From positions 1 through 38,111 of IMG/VR virus record IMGVR_UViG_3300037783_000036: a stretch of DNA of 38,111 nt, one strand, 5' to 3'. Position numbers and translations under genes: made by a program. This document shows positions 27,362-36,427 of the stretch, piece by piece. Position 1 is the stretch's first letter, and each line of letters opens with the position of its first letter. This DNA is from a virus. Lineage: Duplodnaviria; Caudoviricetes. The notes beneath the pieces are model-generated. The model searched no databases. It saw only the letters and a program-made list of their open reading frames with translations, and was not told the DNA's origin.

Positions 27362-27733
27362 TTAAAAATACTGTTCGCTAATAGAAAGTTTTCCTTCGAG
27401 CTGAATGATCGTCCGGCCCTCGCTGTCGTCCCAGCGAATTTCAAGGTTTCTCTCATCGCCCGGATCAAAGCCCGACGACTGGCCTTTGGCATAATCGAAT
27501 TTCAGCTCGCCGCGATCTGAGCTGGAAAGCGTGCCATCCAGGGTGATGGGATCAGAGCCCGTTGCAGCTTTGAGATAGCCTGTGGCGGCTGAGAAACCGT
27601 CAAAGCTATAGATCTCATCGGGCTCGGATTTGTAATAGACCCGCACCGTGATAAAGCCGTCCATACCCTGGACAATCTTGGGTGTGCGTTGGTTGACGAT
27701 CTTTGCCACCAGACCCTTTGTTTCTATCGGCAT
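27362..27733 (-). CDS. Beta-rich hypothetical protein (Ig/BppU-N-like, possibly virion-associated)
   Basis: 123 aa of alternating beta pattern with G.LKF...EI.W...G....L.GKL.I; AAGGAAG RBS. Confidence 0.45.
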   Translation of the reverse strand: MPIETKGLVAKIVNQRTPKIVQGMDGFITVRVYYKSEPDEIYSFDGFSAATGYLKAATGSDPITLDGTLSSSDRGELKFDYAKGQSSGFDPGDERNLEIRWDDSEGRTIIQLEGKLSISEQYF

Positions 27734-27746
27734 AGCTATCTTCCTT

Positions 27747-28853
27747 TCATTGGAGTGAGCCGCCCATTAGATCCTCGATCAGAGCGATCCGGGCCTCATT
27801 GACTTTGGTAAGCGCCAGGCAATCGCGGATGTATTCGCGCGCCTCAAAAACCATTTTAGCCCGCTCGTATTCGCCTTGCATGATCGCAATCAGTTTTTCC
27901 TGATAATCCTGGGGGCCAGTGTAATTTATTATACCTGGCCTCTGCCATTCCGGCCAATTGGGCGCTAGGCAGATCCCGCCCCCGTGGACCGCCTCAATCC
28001 AAGCAATGTTCGATTTGGCTCGGTTGAATGAGCTATCGTTAAGCGGCACCTGCATCGCCGTGGGTCGGATGAGTGTGAGCAGCTTAAAATATTCGATCGG
28101 GTCGATAGATTCGGTGACGACGATATTTTCGCGCTTTTTTGCATCGTCCAGGATCTCGATCGTGTACCAAAAAGGATTGCCGATAAAATTAAAGGTCCAT
28201 TCCTGGTTGCGGATCAGGGCCTCACGCATCGCCGGTGTGTATTCGGCCATATCTTTGTCGTGAGTGTCCGAGCCGCGCCAGCATATCAGCTGGTTCGCTG
28301 GATCTTTGGGATTGATCGCATCAAAGCGAAACAGCGTATTATCATAGGCGTTCGGGATTACGCTTACCTTGCCGGTATCCAGGATTGCATGCTCTGGGAT
28401 ATCTTGATCGTCGTCGTTTTTTTTAAAGGTCTTTATCAGGTCGATCACGTTTTGCTTAAGCTGTTCGGTTGAGACAGTCACCCGATGAGCTAGCAAAAGA
28501 GCGTGGGTCACATTATTTTGGATCTCTTTTTTCGAATAGAATTTATGGGTCCGGTTCGAGTAAGGAACGTTATAAAGATCATCGTCGTAATCGACCCAAA
28601 GCGGTTTTTCATTGGCCCTGGCGATATCAATGATCAACCTATGGTTTTGCGTGAAGGGTCTTTGCATAAAGACCGCATCGGCCCATTTCATAGTCGCCCA
28701 GTTTACGTCATTCCCAGGCATGATACTAAAGTCTTTAAGCTTTGACTTAAGCGTTCCAATGGGGCCAACAGCGCGATAAAAGCTTGTCGCATCGGTGATC
28801 GAGGGCACATACATCGCCAGTGTTTTCATTCGGATCTCCACATTAAAAAACAT
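27747..28853 (-). CDS. GT-B (GT4-like) glycosyltransferase; start possibly Met at 28829
   Basis: FYR...P, AD.VFMQRP, VDYDDD, VTVST..L, VIPNA, W.GS.TH..D and PL....FN..KSN..W.E motifs. Confidence 0.85.
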   Translation of the reverse strand: MFFNVEIRMKTLAMYVPSITDATSFYRAVGPIGTLKSKLKDFSIMPGNDVNWATMKWADAVFMQRPFTQNHRLIIDIARANEKPLWVDYDDDLYNVPYSNRTHKFYSKKEIQNNVTHALLLAHRVTVSTEQLKQNVIDLIKTFKKNDDDQDIPEHAILDTGKVSVIPNAYDNTLFRFDAINPKDPANQLICWRGSDTHDKDMAEYTPAMREALIRNQEWTFNFIGNPFWYTIEILDDAKKRENIVVTESIDPIEYFKLLTLIRPTAMQVPLNDSSFNRAKSNIAWIEAVHGGGICLAPNWPEWQRPGIINYTGPQDYQEKLIAIMQGEYERAKMVFEAREYIRDCLALTKVNEARIALIEDLMGGSLQ

Positions 28854-29133
28854 TTTCTTTTAGCTGCGAATTTTTTCTCTCATATTCGCGGCCGTCCTCA
28901 AAGCCACGATCAAAGCAGAGCTGTCGATAAAACAAAAAAACGATGCAAAAGACGGTGCAGACAAGCACATTCGGCAACGTCAAACGAAACTCGCAGATCA
29001 GGAAAGCCAAAAGCAAGGTCAAAGAGGCTATAATACACACGTCCGGCCAGGCCATTGAATTTCGGTTGCGCATCGGTTTTTCGATATCCATTAAGATGAT
29101 CTGATATGGTAGGACTGTAGCGCGGTTAGCCAA
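28843..29133 (-). CDS. Small protein with two TM helices; start uncertain
   Basis: Two hydrophobic runs (VCIIASLTLLLAFLI, VLVCTVFCIVFLFY) and a charged tail; first gene of the minus-strand block. Confidence 0.5.
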   Translation of the reverse strand: MANRATVLPYQIILMDIEKPMRNRNSMAWPDVCIIASLTLLLAFLICEFRLTLPNVLVCTVFCIVFLFYRQLCFDRGFEDGREYERKNSQLKENVF

Positions 29134-29656
29134 AAAACGCCACGATCAAAGATAAAAGCAAGCATCTTTGACCGCGGCACAGACTGTGTGGAGTATCATG
29201 CCTTGCAACAGCTTTTAGTTTATCACGGATCTATCGGTCGGATAGGTCTTCGGTCTTTTATCTCGGATCAGCTTTACGAGCTGGGAATAGACCCTCTCAA
29301 AGCGCGCTTTGTCTTGATCGAATACATCAACGGTCGAGGTGGAGTAATCACGGTCCTGGGGCTTAAAGAGAGATTTAAGAAAACGCCGCCTGAGCCATTA
29401 CCCGACGGCTATATCATCTCAAACATCCACACGGGTTCACTTAGGCGGATCAGTAAAGCCATGATAGGCATATCTGTCGTCAAGTCAAGGTGGAGCGTTT
29501 TGGTAGGTCTTGAAAAAATGATCAAACTGACTGCCCGTTTTTTGAGCACATTCGGGACAGTCAGTCGACACCGTATTCCGCAGATCCCTTCTTAAAAACC
29601 TGCAGACCGACCTTATCGCCGCTGTCAGTATTAAGCGAGACAAAATTGCATTTTGC

Positions 29657-29773
29657 GGAAAAAAGAAAAAGCCCCTAAGAATAAGGGGCTTTTGAACAAG
29701 AATACGTGAGTAAAACGATGCTTTCAAACTGGGTAAAAAGAAAAAACAGGGCCGCGCATGACCCAGTTTTTTT
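29657..29773. terminator. Two tandem hairpins with A/T runs (minus-strand or bidirectional terminators)
   Basis: AAAAGCCCCT-7-AGGGGCTTTT (29667-29693) and AAAAAACAGGGCC-GCGCAT-GACCCAGTTTTTTT (29741-29773), each preceded by an AAAAAGAAAAA run. Confidence 0.65.
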
Positions 29774-29958
29774 GTTACCCACATCAAGTTTTGGCTTGAT
29801 GCTTTTTTCCACATTTAAAAACCCCCACTACGAGGTCTTAAATGCAAGGCGATATCTGTAACCCTCAGTGCAGTGAGGATCACAATTGCAAATTAGCAAC
29901 CCCCTTCGACAAGGATAACTAAATGCATCACCTAAAAACCCCAGGCACGAGGTATTAG

Positions 29959-31035
29959 ATGCAACGCGATATCTATCCGTCTGATTGCCTAAAGTCAAGG
30001 CAGGAAAACACCAGTAAGCCAAAAAATTTTACACTTTGCCAAGGTGCAAAAGATGCCAGCACCAAGGTTTGTCAGCAAGGTCCATGGTTTCCGCTGCCGC
30101 AACGGATCATGTACGATCCAACAGAAACTTCAAAAAGACGTGTCCAGACCTGCATCCTATACACCAACGGCGACTGGACTATGCAACAGATGGCCGATGA
30201 GCTAAACCTAGCGCTCTCGACCGTAAACCGAGCTATCCAACGGCTTAAAGCCGACGGCATGATTGCGGTGCGCAAAGTAAAAACGGCCGCCCACCGATGG
30301 AAACAAAACGTCTATCAGATTATCAGTCTTGTCCCTCAAAAGATCGTCAGCATGGCCCATGTGCTAGGTGGCAAGCCCAAGCCACAGGCCGACAAGCCTG
30401 TCGATCCTGCCGCAAAGCTGGCCGAGGCGGCGGCCGAGTACGATCGCGATGAGCACACCCCAGGTGCGTCACTTTCCTTTGAGCAGGATCGAATAACTCC
30501 TAATAGAACTAAAAATATAAATAATAATATAGGCGAGGCTGTGGATAAGCCCACGCCCAAAAAAGGCCGTCCTACTCCAAAGGCCCCCCAAAACCGCAAA
30601 GACAAGCCAAAGCGATCAGGTCGTTCTAGCGAGCCTGTTTCGAACGAACAGGTCCGAGCCCAGCTCGATATCCTGTTAAGCGATAACCACATCAAGATGC
30701 CACGTGAGAAACGGGACGAGCTGATCGCCAGGCTCAAAGATCCCGATCTTTTTGGCCTAGATAATGCGGCCATCTGGCAGCTGTTCCGGGCGATGCGCTC
30801 AGATCCGGGAACCGGTCAGCTGTTAAGGCGAGCCAGATACGCCAGCGAGCGCTATCAGATCTTGCGAGATCCCTGGATCAGGCGGTGCCTTGCGCTGTTT
30901 AGCCGCGCCCGGCTCATGGATCTGCCGACGATCATGGGGCGGTATCGAGCCCTCACCCGAGACAAAGATCCAGAGGCCATAGATTTAAGCCAGAGCGAGC
31001 TGGATCTGCTCAAAAGAGCCTATGCCCTAGCCTGA
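29959..31035 (+). CDS. Winged-HTH protein, putative replication initiator; start uncertain
   Basis: TMQQMADELNLALSTVNRAIQRLKADGMI wHTH, N/K-rich linker (NRTKNINNN), helical C-terminal domain; upstream of recombination genes. Confidence 0.65.
   Translation: MQRDIYPSDCLKSRQENTSKPKNFTLCQGAKDASTKVCQQGPWFPLPQRIMYDPTETSKRRVQTCILYTNGDWTMQQMADELNLALSTVNRAIQRLKADGMIAVRKVKTAAHRWKQNVYQIISLVPQKIVSMAHVLGGKPKPQADKPVDPAAKLAEAAAEYDRDEHTPGASLSFEQDRITPNRTKNINNNIGEAVDKPTPKKGRPTPKAPQNRKDKPKRSGRSSEPVSNEQVRAQLDILLSDNHIKMPREKRDELIARLKDPDLFGLDNAAIWQLFRAMRSDPGTGQLLRRARYASERYQILRDPWIRRCLALFSRARLMDLPTIMGRYRALTRDKDPEAIDLSQSELDLLKRAYALA
30491..30548. promoter_or_regulatory. Candidate replication origin: AT-rich tract plus perfect DnaA box
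   Basis: AT-rich 30491-30531 followed by TGTGGATAA (30540-30548, reverse complement TTATCCACA) inside the initiator linker. Confidence 0.45.
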
Positions 31036-31213
31036 TCCGCAAGGGCTTTAAAGGGCTTTTACGTGGCTCTCAGAGGCAGGTATCTTTGACCTGCACATTA
31101 AATACGCAATTAAAGCCATAACGGCCGTTTCCAAACGGTTTTATGGTGGCTTTAGTCGTAGATATGGTTTATTTTGCGCGCTTTAAACACCTGAGAAAGA
31201 AAGGATCGAGATC

Positions 31214-32071
31214 ATGAAAGCAGCTCCAGCCGTCGGTTTAGCCAAAGATACGCAGTTAAGAAACCGCTGGTTTTACGAGATGGATGAGGACGCCTATCAC
31301 CGCGACGACAGCGCCGTGAATAGCTCCAGTCTTAAGCTGATCGGTAAGAGCCCGGCTAGCTTCCTTGCGGCTTATAGCTCCAAAGAGGACGACGATCAGG
31401 ATTCGACGGCAGTCCAAAAGATCGGCCGCAAGATCCATAAAGCGGTTTTAGAGGGCGAGGACTTTCTTTCAAAGATGGTGATCATGCCGGTCTTTAGCGG
31501 CAAAGGTATGAAAGAGCGCAAGGCCAATTGGCTGGATGAGCATGCCGATCGGATCATCGTATCCGAGAAAGAATACGAGATAATAAGCGGTATCCAACGC
31601 TCAGTGATAAAACACCCCGATGCAAAGGCGATCCTTAAGGCCTGTTATGCGGAAGTCACAGGCTACTATAACGATCCCGAGACAGGTATTCGCTGCCGTA
31701 TCAGGCCGGATCTGATCAACCCAAACCTGGGTTTACTGGCCGATCTTAAGACGACAAAGGATTGCACGATCGACACCTTTGCAAGGGACGTTTGGAACTA
31801 TCGCTACGATATCCAGATGGCCATGTATTCGATGGGCGCTGGTGTGATCTCAGGCATCCCGATCAGCCAGCGCTGTATCATTGCCGTTGAGAAAACGCCG
31901 CCGTTTGAGTGTGCTGTTTATGTGCCTGAGAAAGAGGTCATGGATAAGGGCTTTGAGGACTATCGCAATTACATGCACACGCTGGCCCGCTGTATGGAAA
32001 AAAATGAATGGCCCGGCTATCAAGGTCGGGCTCAGAACATCAACCTGCCCCCATGGGCTTTTAAATCTTAA
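31214..32071 (+). CDS. RecE/exonuclease VIII-like PD-(D/E)xK nuclease (DUF3799-like)
   Basis: YH....V.SS.LK, G..IH..VLE, TG..CR.RPD, DLKTT, Y.Y..Q.A.Y and IAVEK.PP motifs; AAGGA RBS. Confidence 0.9.
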   Translation: MKAAPAVGLAKDTQLRNRWFYEMDEDAYHRDDSAVNSSSLKLIGKSPASFLAAYSSKEDDDQDSTAVQKIGRKIHKAVLEGEDFLSKMVIMPVFSGKGMKERKANWLDEHADRIIVSEKEYEIISGIQRSVIKHPDAKAILKACYAEVTGYYNDPETGIRCRIRPDLINPNLGLLADLKTTKDCTIDTFARDVWNYRYDIQMAMYSMGAGVISGIPISQRCIIAVEKTPPFECAVYVPEKEVMDKGFEDYRNYMHTLARCMEKNEWPGYQGRAQNINLPPWAFKS

Positions 32072-32092
32072 GCGTAAGAGAGAGGTCAAGCG

Positions 32093-32692
32093 ATGATCCG
32101 TATCCAAACCTATGAGCCAGGTCAAAAGCTAGCCGACGCCTATGTGACCGCCGGAATGATCGGTCAAACCCAGATCCTTTCGATCTGGCGGTATGAAGTT
32201 AAGGCTTTCGACGTGTGGGGCTTTGATCCAAGGCGCAATCCGCTAAAAAAGCTATGTGACTTTTATCCGGTTTCCAATTGGGATTTGACTAAAACAACAC
32301 CGCCCCCGGCCGAGAGTGATGAGGATATCATTGAGGCGGCCGAGGCCTCTTTAGTTCACAGCCTGGCGATGGAAAAAGACCTGTTTTTTAAAGACCTGTT
32401 TCTTTTTGTCGAGAAGACCTCGGATCTAATCACAGCGGTTTATTATGGCAAAGACTGGTCGGATTTTTTCTATGATCCGTCGTTTTCCGACGACGATGGA
32501 TTTATTCTGGCACGCGATCACGTTCGCGCGTTTCGCTGTGATCGCCGGATTGCATCTTTAGCCGAGACAGGCCAGCGCTTAAATGATATCCCAGACGCAT
32601 TGCTTATCGACGAGTATCAGTTTAGCGATGAGCTGGTGCCGTATTTTTTCAAAAACCCTGAGAGACACCGAAAGGTAAAAAATGAAACTTAA
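32093..32692 (+). CDS. Hypothetical protein
   Basis: 199 aa, GAGG RBS, in operon. Confidence 0.6.
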   Translation: MIRIQTYEPGQKLADAYVTAGMIGQTQILSIWRYEVKAFDVWGFDPRRNPLKKLCDFYPVSNWDLTKTTPPPAESDEDIIEAAEASLVHSLAMEKDLFFKDLFLFVEKTSDLITAVYYGKDWSDFFYDPSFSDDDGFILARDHVRAFRCDRRIASLAETGQRLNDIPDALLIDEYQFSDELVPYFFKNPERHRKVKNET

Positions 32693-33059
32693 ATCGACCT
32701 ATGATCATCTGCAGATCGTCGACCTAAAGGTGCCGCCTTGCGATCGTTCCGACGATGAGATCATAATGGAGATCATTGGCTATCTTGATCGGGCGGATAT
32801 CCGGCTTATCGAGCTGTGTTCGCATCTTGATAATCTGGATGGTAGCTGTCTTTATCGGTACGTGTCTTTGCTTTTGTCGGGCGATATCCCAATGGCCCGG
32901 ATCAAAGACGCTTTCGAGCATAGTGATTATGGCTTTCTCATGATCTCCGAGCCACGCACCGATCGCACCGTGTTCGGCGATAAAGATTCGGTCGTCTTTC
33001 TCGACAAAGTCAACGGCAGCTGGATCGTGTCACTAGAGCCTGTGAAGGCATATAACTAA
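32682..33059 (+). CDS. Hypothetical protein
   Basis: 125 aa, AAGGT RBS, overlaps the upstream stop. Confidence 0.6.
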   Translation: MKLKSTYDHLQIVDLKVPPCDRSDDEIIMEIIGYLDRADIRLIELCSHLDNLDGSCLYRYVSLLLSGDIPMARIKDAFEHSDYGFLMISEPRTDRTVFGDKDSVVFLDKVNGSWIVSLEPVKAYN

Positions 33060-33080
33060 ACCTTTTTATGGAGTATCAGC

Positions 33081-34055
33081 ATGCAACAGAACAAGCCAAC
33101 AGCGTTCCCCCAGGAAAACCAGGCGAGCGGCCAAACGACAGGCTCAGCTGTCACCGAGATCGAAAAATCACGGGCAGTCCAAGAGACCCAGGCAGCTCTT
33201 GTGATCGCGAAAAAATTTCCGCGTGATGAGATCGAAAGCTATAACCGGATTATGAAATCTTGTTCCAGGATCACTCTTGCCTCGCAATCTATGTATTCGT
33301 ATCCGCGCGGTAAAGAGATGGTGACGGGTCCGTCGATCAGGATGGCCGAGGTCCTGGCCCAAAACTGGCGCAACGTTGAGTTTGGTATCCGCGAGCTGGA
33401 GCGCCGCGATGAGGTATCTATAGCCGAAAGCTACTGTTGGGATATGGAAACCAACGTCCGACAAAAAAAGGTGTTCGAGGTTCCGCATTTTATGCAGCTG
33501 CGCGGCGGCCAAAAAAAGCGCCTCACTGATCCACGGGATATCTATGAGCTGGTGGCTAATCACGGGGCCAGGCGCTTGCGTCAGTGTATTCTAGGGATCA
33601 TCCCGATAGATATCGTCGAAGATGCAGTCGAGCGCTGCAAAAAGACGGTTGCCGAGGGAACGGGCGAGCCCATCGAAAACCGCGTGAGGCGAATGATCGG
33701 CGCGTTTTCCGATATCGGCGTCTCTCAAGATATGCTCGAAAGACGCCTCGGTCACAAGATGGATCTTACGACGACCGATGAGATCGTCGAGCTGACCTCG
33801 ATCTATACCGCAATCAAAGACAAGCAAGCCAACAGGCAAGATTTCTTTGATTTCGGCAAAGGTGCCGCCGGGGGCGAGGATACGGCTGGACCGGCCGCGG
33901 ATCTGATTAAGACCCTTGAAAGCGAGGACGCCCAGAAAGCCCCTGAGAAACCAGCGGCGGCCGATGAGAGAAAGGCTGGTGTGTGGTCTTTGCCAGATGA
34001 GGCCGATGAGGCAAAGGCTAAAGACAAAGACAAGGGCAAGGGCAAAGGATCATGA
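33081..34055 (+). CDS. Putative single-strand annealing/recombination protein
   Basis: 324 aa; AKKFPRD, YSYPRG...V.GPSIR.AE, WD.ETN and R.R.CIL..IP motifs of a family often found beside RecE-like nucleases; disordered tail; GGAG RBS. Confidence 0.55.
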   Translation: MQQNKPTAFPQENQASGQTTGSAVTEIEKSRAVQETQAALVIAKKFPRDEIESYNRIMKSCSRITLASQSMYSYPRGKEMVTGPSIRMAEVLAQNWRNVEFGIRELERRDEVSIAESYCWDMETNVRQKKVFEVPHFMQLRGGQKKRLTDPRDIYELVANHGARRLRQCILGIIPIDIVEDAVERCKKTVAEGTGEPIENRVRRMIGAFSDIGVSQDMLERRLGHKMDLTTTDEIVELTSIYTAIKDKQANRQDFFDFGKGAAGGEDTAGPAADLIKTLESEDAQKAPEKPAAADERKAGVWSLPDEADEAKAKDKDKGKGKGS

Positions 34056-34333
34056 GCTGGTTTAAAAACGAGCTGAGACAAGATGGCTTAAGCCAGGATG
34101 AGAAAGATCTCATTGCCGATCGCTTAACCGAGCGCGACGCCGTTTTTGAGTGTTCGCGCTGCCGGAGAGCCCGCTTTACCGTGTGCGATCATATCGCTCT
34201 TGCGCGGATCGGTAGCGCGGAAAAACTAGCAATCCCATGTGCGATCTTGATCTGTGATAACTGCGGCCATCTGATCTATCACGCCCTTGACACACTGGAG
34301 CTAAAAAATCTTGTGGAGCAAAACAATGGATGA
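34052..34333 (+). CDS. Zinc-ribbon hypothetical protein
   Basis: 93 aa with CSRC and CDNCG; ATGA-coupled. Confidence 0.65.
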   Translation: MSWFKNELRQDGLSQDEKDLIADRLTERDAVFECSRCRRARFTVCDHIALARIGSAEKLAIPCAILICDNCGHLIYHALDTLELKNLVEQNNG

Positions 34334-34652
34334 GAACGCGCTGGTTTCGAGCCAGGAAAAAACCGATATCCTTTTACAGTCTATGATCTGCACGATCGTC
34401 GGCGATATCCTTAATGAGATGTGTCAGTTTAAAGACTTTGCGCAAAGGCGCATGAGCGATGGCCAGAGCCGGGCCTTTGTGCATAACTTTCACGCGATCG
34501 GCAGGCTCATCGCCGGGAATATCCATCCCGGCACCGTTCGGCAGAACATGAACGCGGTGCTGGATCGGCTAGATCCCGATGATCGCGCTTTTATTGAGCC
34601 GATCTGGGCAATGATACTTGAGGATCATAAACAGCGGAGCGAAACGAAATGA
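34326..34652 (+). CDS. Hypothetical protein
   Basis: Start inferred at ATG 34326 (GGAG RBS); coupled to neighbours. Confidence 0.6.
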   Translation: MDENALVSSQEKTDILLQSMICTIVGDILNEMCQFKDFAQRRMSDGQSRAFVHNFHAIGRLIAGNIHPGTVRQNMNAVLDRLDPDDRAFIEPIWAMILEDHKQRSETK

Positions 34653-35047
34653 TGGCCTTTCAGCTTTTTTCCCCACACAAGCGCGCGGTGCTGTTGGCTC
34701 TAAATGATCAGGATATGGATCACGTTTTCGATAACACGATGATCGTGCCGCCCGCTGCATTGGGCCATGATTTTAGCCTGGCCTTTACCTATAGCGGATT
34801 TAAAGGCGATGAGGACACGGCCCGGATGGTCGAACAGCACATCGACCGGGATGATCGGATCGAGCCCGGATCGACGGTGATCACTAAACTGTTGGATGAT
34901 CCCGATCTTTTAAAGATGCGAAACAGAGGTCTTCTCATCACAGAGGTCGAGGATCTTAACGTCGCTGTCATGTTTACACATGCCAATGACAAAGATGAGG
35001 TGATCCAAGCCATCCAGCGCCGTAAAAGAGACCGCAATCGGCTTTAA
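34649..35047 (+). CDS. Hypothetical protein
   Basis: 132 aa, ATGA-coupled; stop overlaps the stop of the convergent dioxygenase. Confidence 0.6.
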   Translation: MMAFQLFSPHKRAVLLALNDQDMDHVFDNTMIVPPAALGHDFSLAFTYSGFKGDEDTARMVEQHIDRDDRIEPGSTVITKLLDDPDLLKMRNRGLLITEVEDLNVAVMFTHANDKDEVIQAIQRRKRDRNRL

Positions 35048-35901
35048 GGTCGAACGCTACCGGCGCTCGGCAGATCGAAATACCAACAGCCGTTATGATC
35101 CTGCTTTCGGTTCGGCATATCCGGCCGGGCCGAAAGCCCCGAGTAATGACAGATAAGAGATTTTCGTTCCAGGTGCGGCTGGATCGGTGGCGAGCCACGA
35201 TGCACAAGCGCCGAGTGCCAGATTAAAACATCGCCTTTTTGGGCGACAAAAGGAACGATCTGCGCGTCGTTTTCCATGATCTTATCCATACACATCCGGG
35301 ATATATCCTCTTGCGTCCAGGTGGGCCAGTGAGGCGATCCTTTTACATCGCCCGGCAGATGGGCGAACAGTTTTTCCCGGCGCAGCACAGGCCATCTGTG
35401 CGATCCTGGGACGTATTGAAAAACTCCGCTTTGCGGGTCGATATCATCCAGAGCCATCCATACCGCCACATATCGCGACCACACATTAGGCGGGTTGAGG
35501 TAGCTGTCTTGATGCCAGTCGCGCTCTGTCGATTCCCAGCCGGTAAGACAAAGATGCAAGCCCATGGGCTCGCCGATCAGATCTCCGAGCGTGTCCATTA
35601 GACGCGGATAGAGGGCCAGATCGCGCAGCGTTGGCACGTCCATGTAAGGCGTTGGATAATGCCAGCCACCCCAATAATTCGATTTATCTTGTCGGTTTCG
35701 CGGTAATTTGGCACGATCTCGACAATAAGCGGTGATCAGATCATCGGGCAAAAAACGTTTTAAGATCAGCATACCCTGACTTAAAAACATAGCCTGGTTC
35801 TGCGTAAGATTGCCCGTTGGCTGGCGCTCGATAAACGTCTTGGTATCCTCGGGCTGGGGCTCGGAAAGATCATCAAACGATAGCTGTGTCAGTGTGTCCA
35901 T
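35044..35901 (-). CDS. PhyH-family Fe(II)/2-oxoglutarate dioxygenase
   Basis: WHQD (HxD), VAVWMALDD, YVPGSH, KGDVLIWH..LVHRG and R.S motifs; AAGGA RBS. Confidence 0.9.
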   Translation of the reverse strand: MDTLTQLSFDDLSEPQPEDTKTFIERQPTGNLTQNQAMFLSQGMLILKRFLPDDLITAYCRDRAKLPRNRQDKSNYWGGWHYPTPYMDVPTLRDLALYPRLMDTLGDLIGEPMGLHLCLTGWESTERDWHQDSYLNPPNVWSRYVAVWMALDDIDPQSGVFQYVPGSHRWPVLRREKLFAHLPGDVKGSPHWPTWTQEDISRMCMDKIMENDAQIVPFVAQKGDVLIWHSALVHRGSPPIQPHLERKSLICHYSGLSARPDMPNRKQDHNGCWYFDLPSAGSVRP

Positions 35902-35935
35902 TACTTATCCTTTTTATGCGGAGATTAATCGGATT

Positions 35936-36427
35936 ATGGCGTCAAGATATCTGCGGATCAACAGTGAAGTATTCGAGCGATCGGATCTTAACGAGCTAGC
36001 GCGACTATCCGGCGAGAGCCCCGAGATGGCTCTATCGCGGCTGATAAAGCTAGCCCGCTATATGCTTGCCCAAAAACGGCGTAAGCTGCCAGCTCGCAAG
36101 ATCGACGAGGCCATCGGCTGGACACACCCAAAAGTTTATTACGGGGCGCTCATGGAAACCGCCGGGCTTGCGGTGTGGTCGCAAAGATCTTTTGAGATCA
36201 AGATCCATAATCTGGTTGATCTAAAAACAGCGCGCTCAAAATCCGGTCGGGTATCGGTTGAGACCGCCCAGCGCGATCCGAGCGGCCGGTTTTTGCCGCG
36301 ATCCGAGAAGGTCCAAAAGCAACCCTTGCATCAAGTCTATAACGCGGCCGGCGATCCGGTTTCCGAGAAAGCCACGGCCAGATCTTTGAACGCCAGATAC
36401 AAAAAGGAGCGAGCCAGTGTCAGATAA
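35936..36427 (+). CDS. Hypothetical protein resembling the N-terminal domain of phage replication-organiser proteins
   Basis: Start inferred at ATG 35936; LA...G.....A...L..L, ID.AIGW...AL...GL and I.N pattern; RD..GRF motif. Confidence 0.45.
   Translation: MASRYLRINSEVFERSDLNELARLSGESPEMALSRLIKLARYMLAQKRRKLPARKIDEAIGWTHPKVYYGALMETAGLAVWSQRSFEIKIHNLVDLKTARSKSGRVSVETAQRDPSGRFLPRSEKVQKQPLHQVYNAAGDPVSEKATARSLNARYKKERASVR

Noticed and set aside
29188-29814. ORFs 29188..29595 (+) and 29485..29814 (-)
   Set aside because: No motifs, non-ATG starts without a clear RBS, mutual overlap, and the minus ORF runs through terminator hairpins. A real small gene or pseudogene cannot be excluded.
18685-31073. 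Similar GGCTTTTA(N2-4)GCTCTC strings at about 18687 and 31053
   Set aside because: Short, gapped similarity with only two copies; cannot be distinguished from chance.
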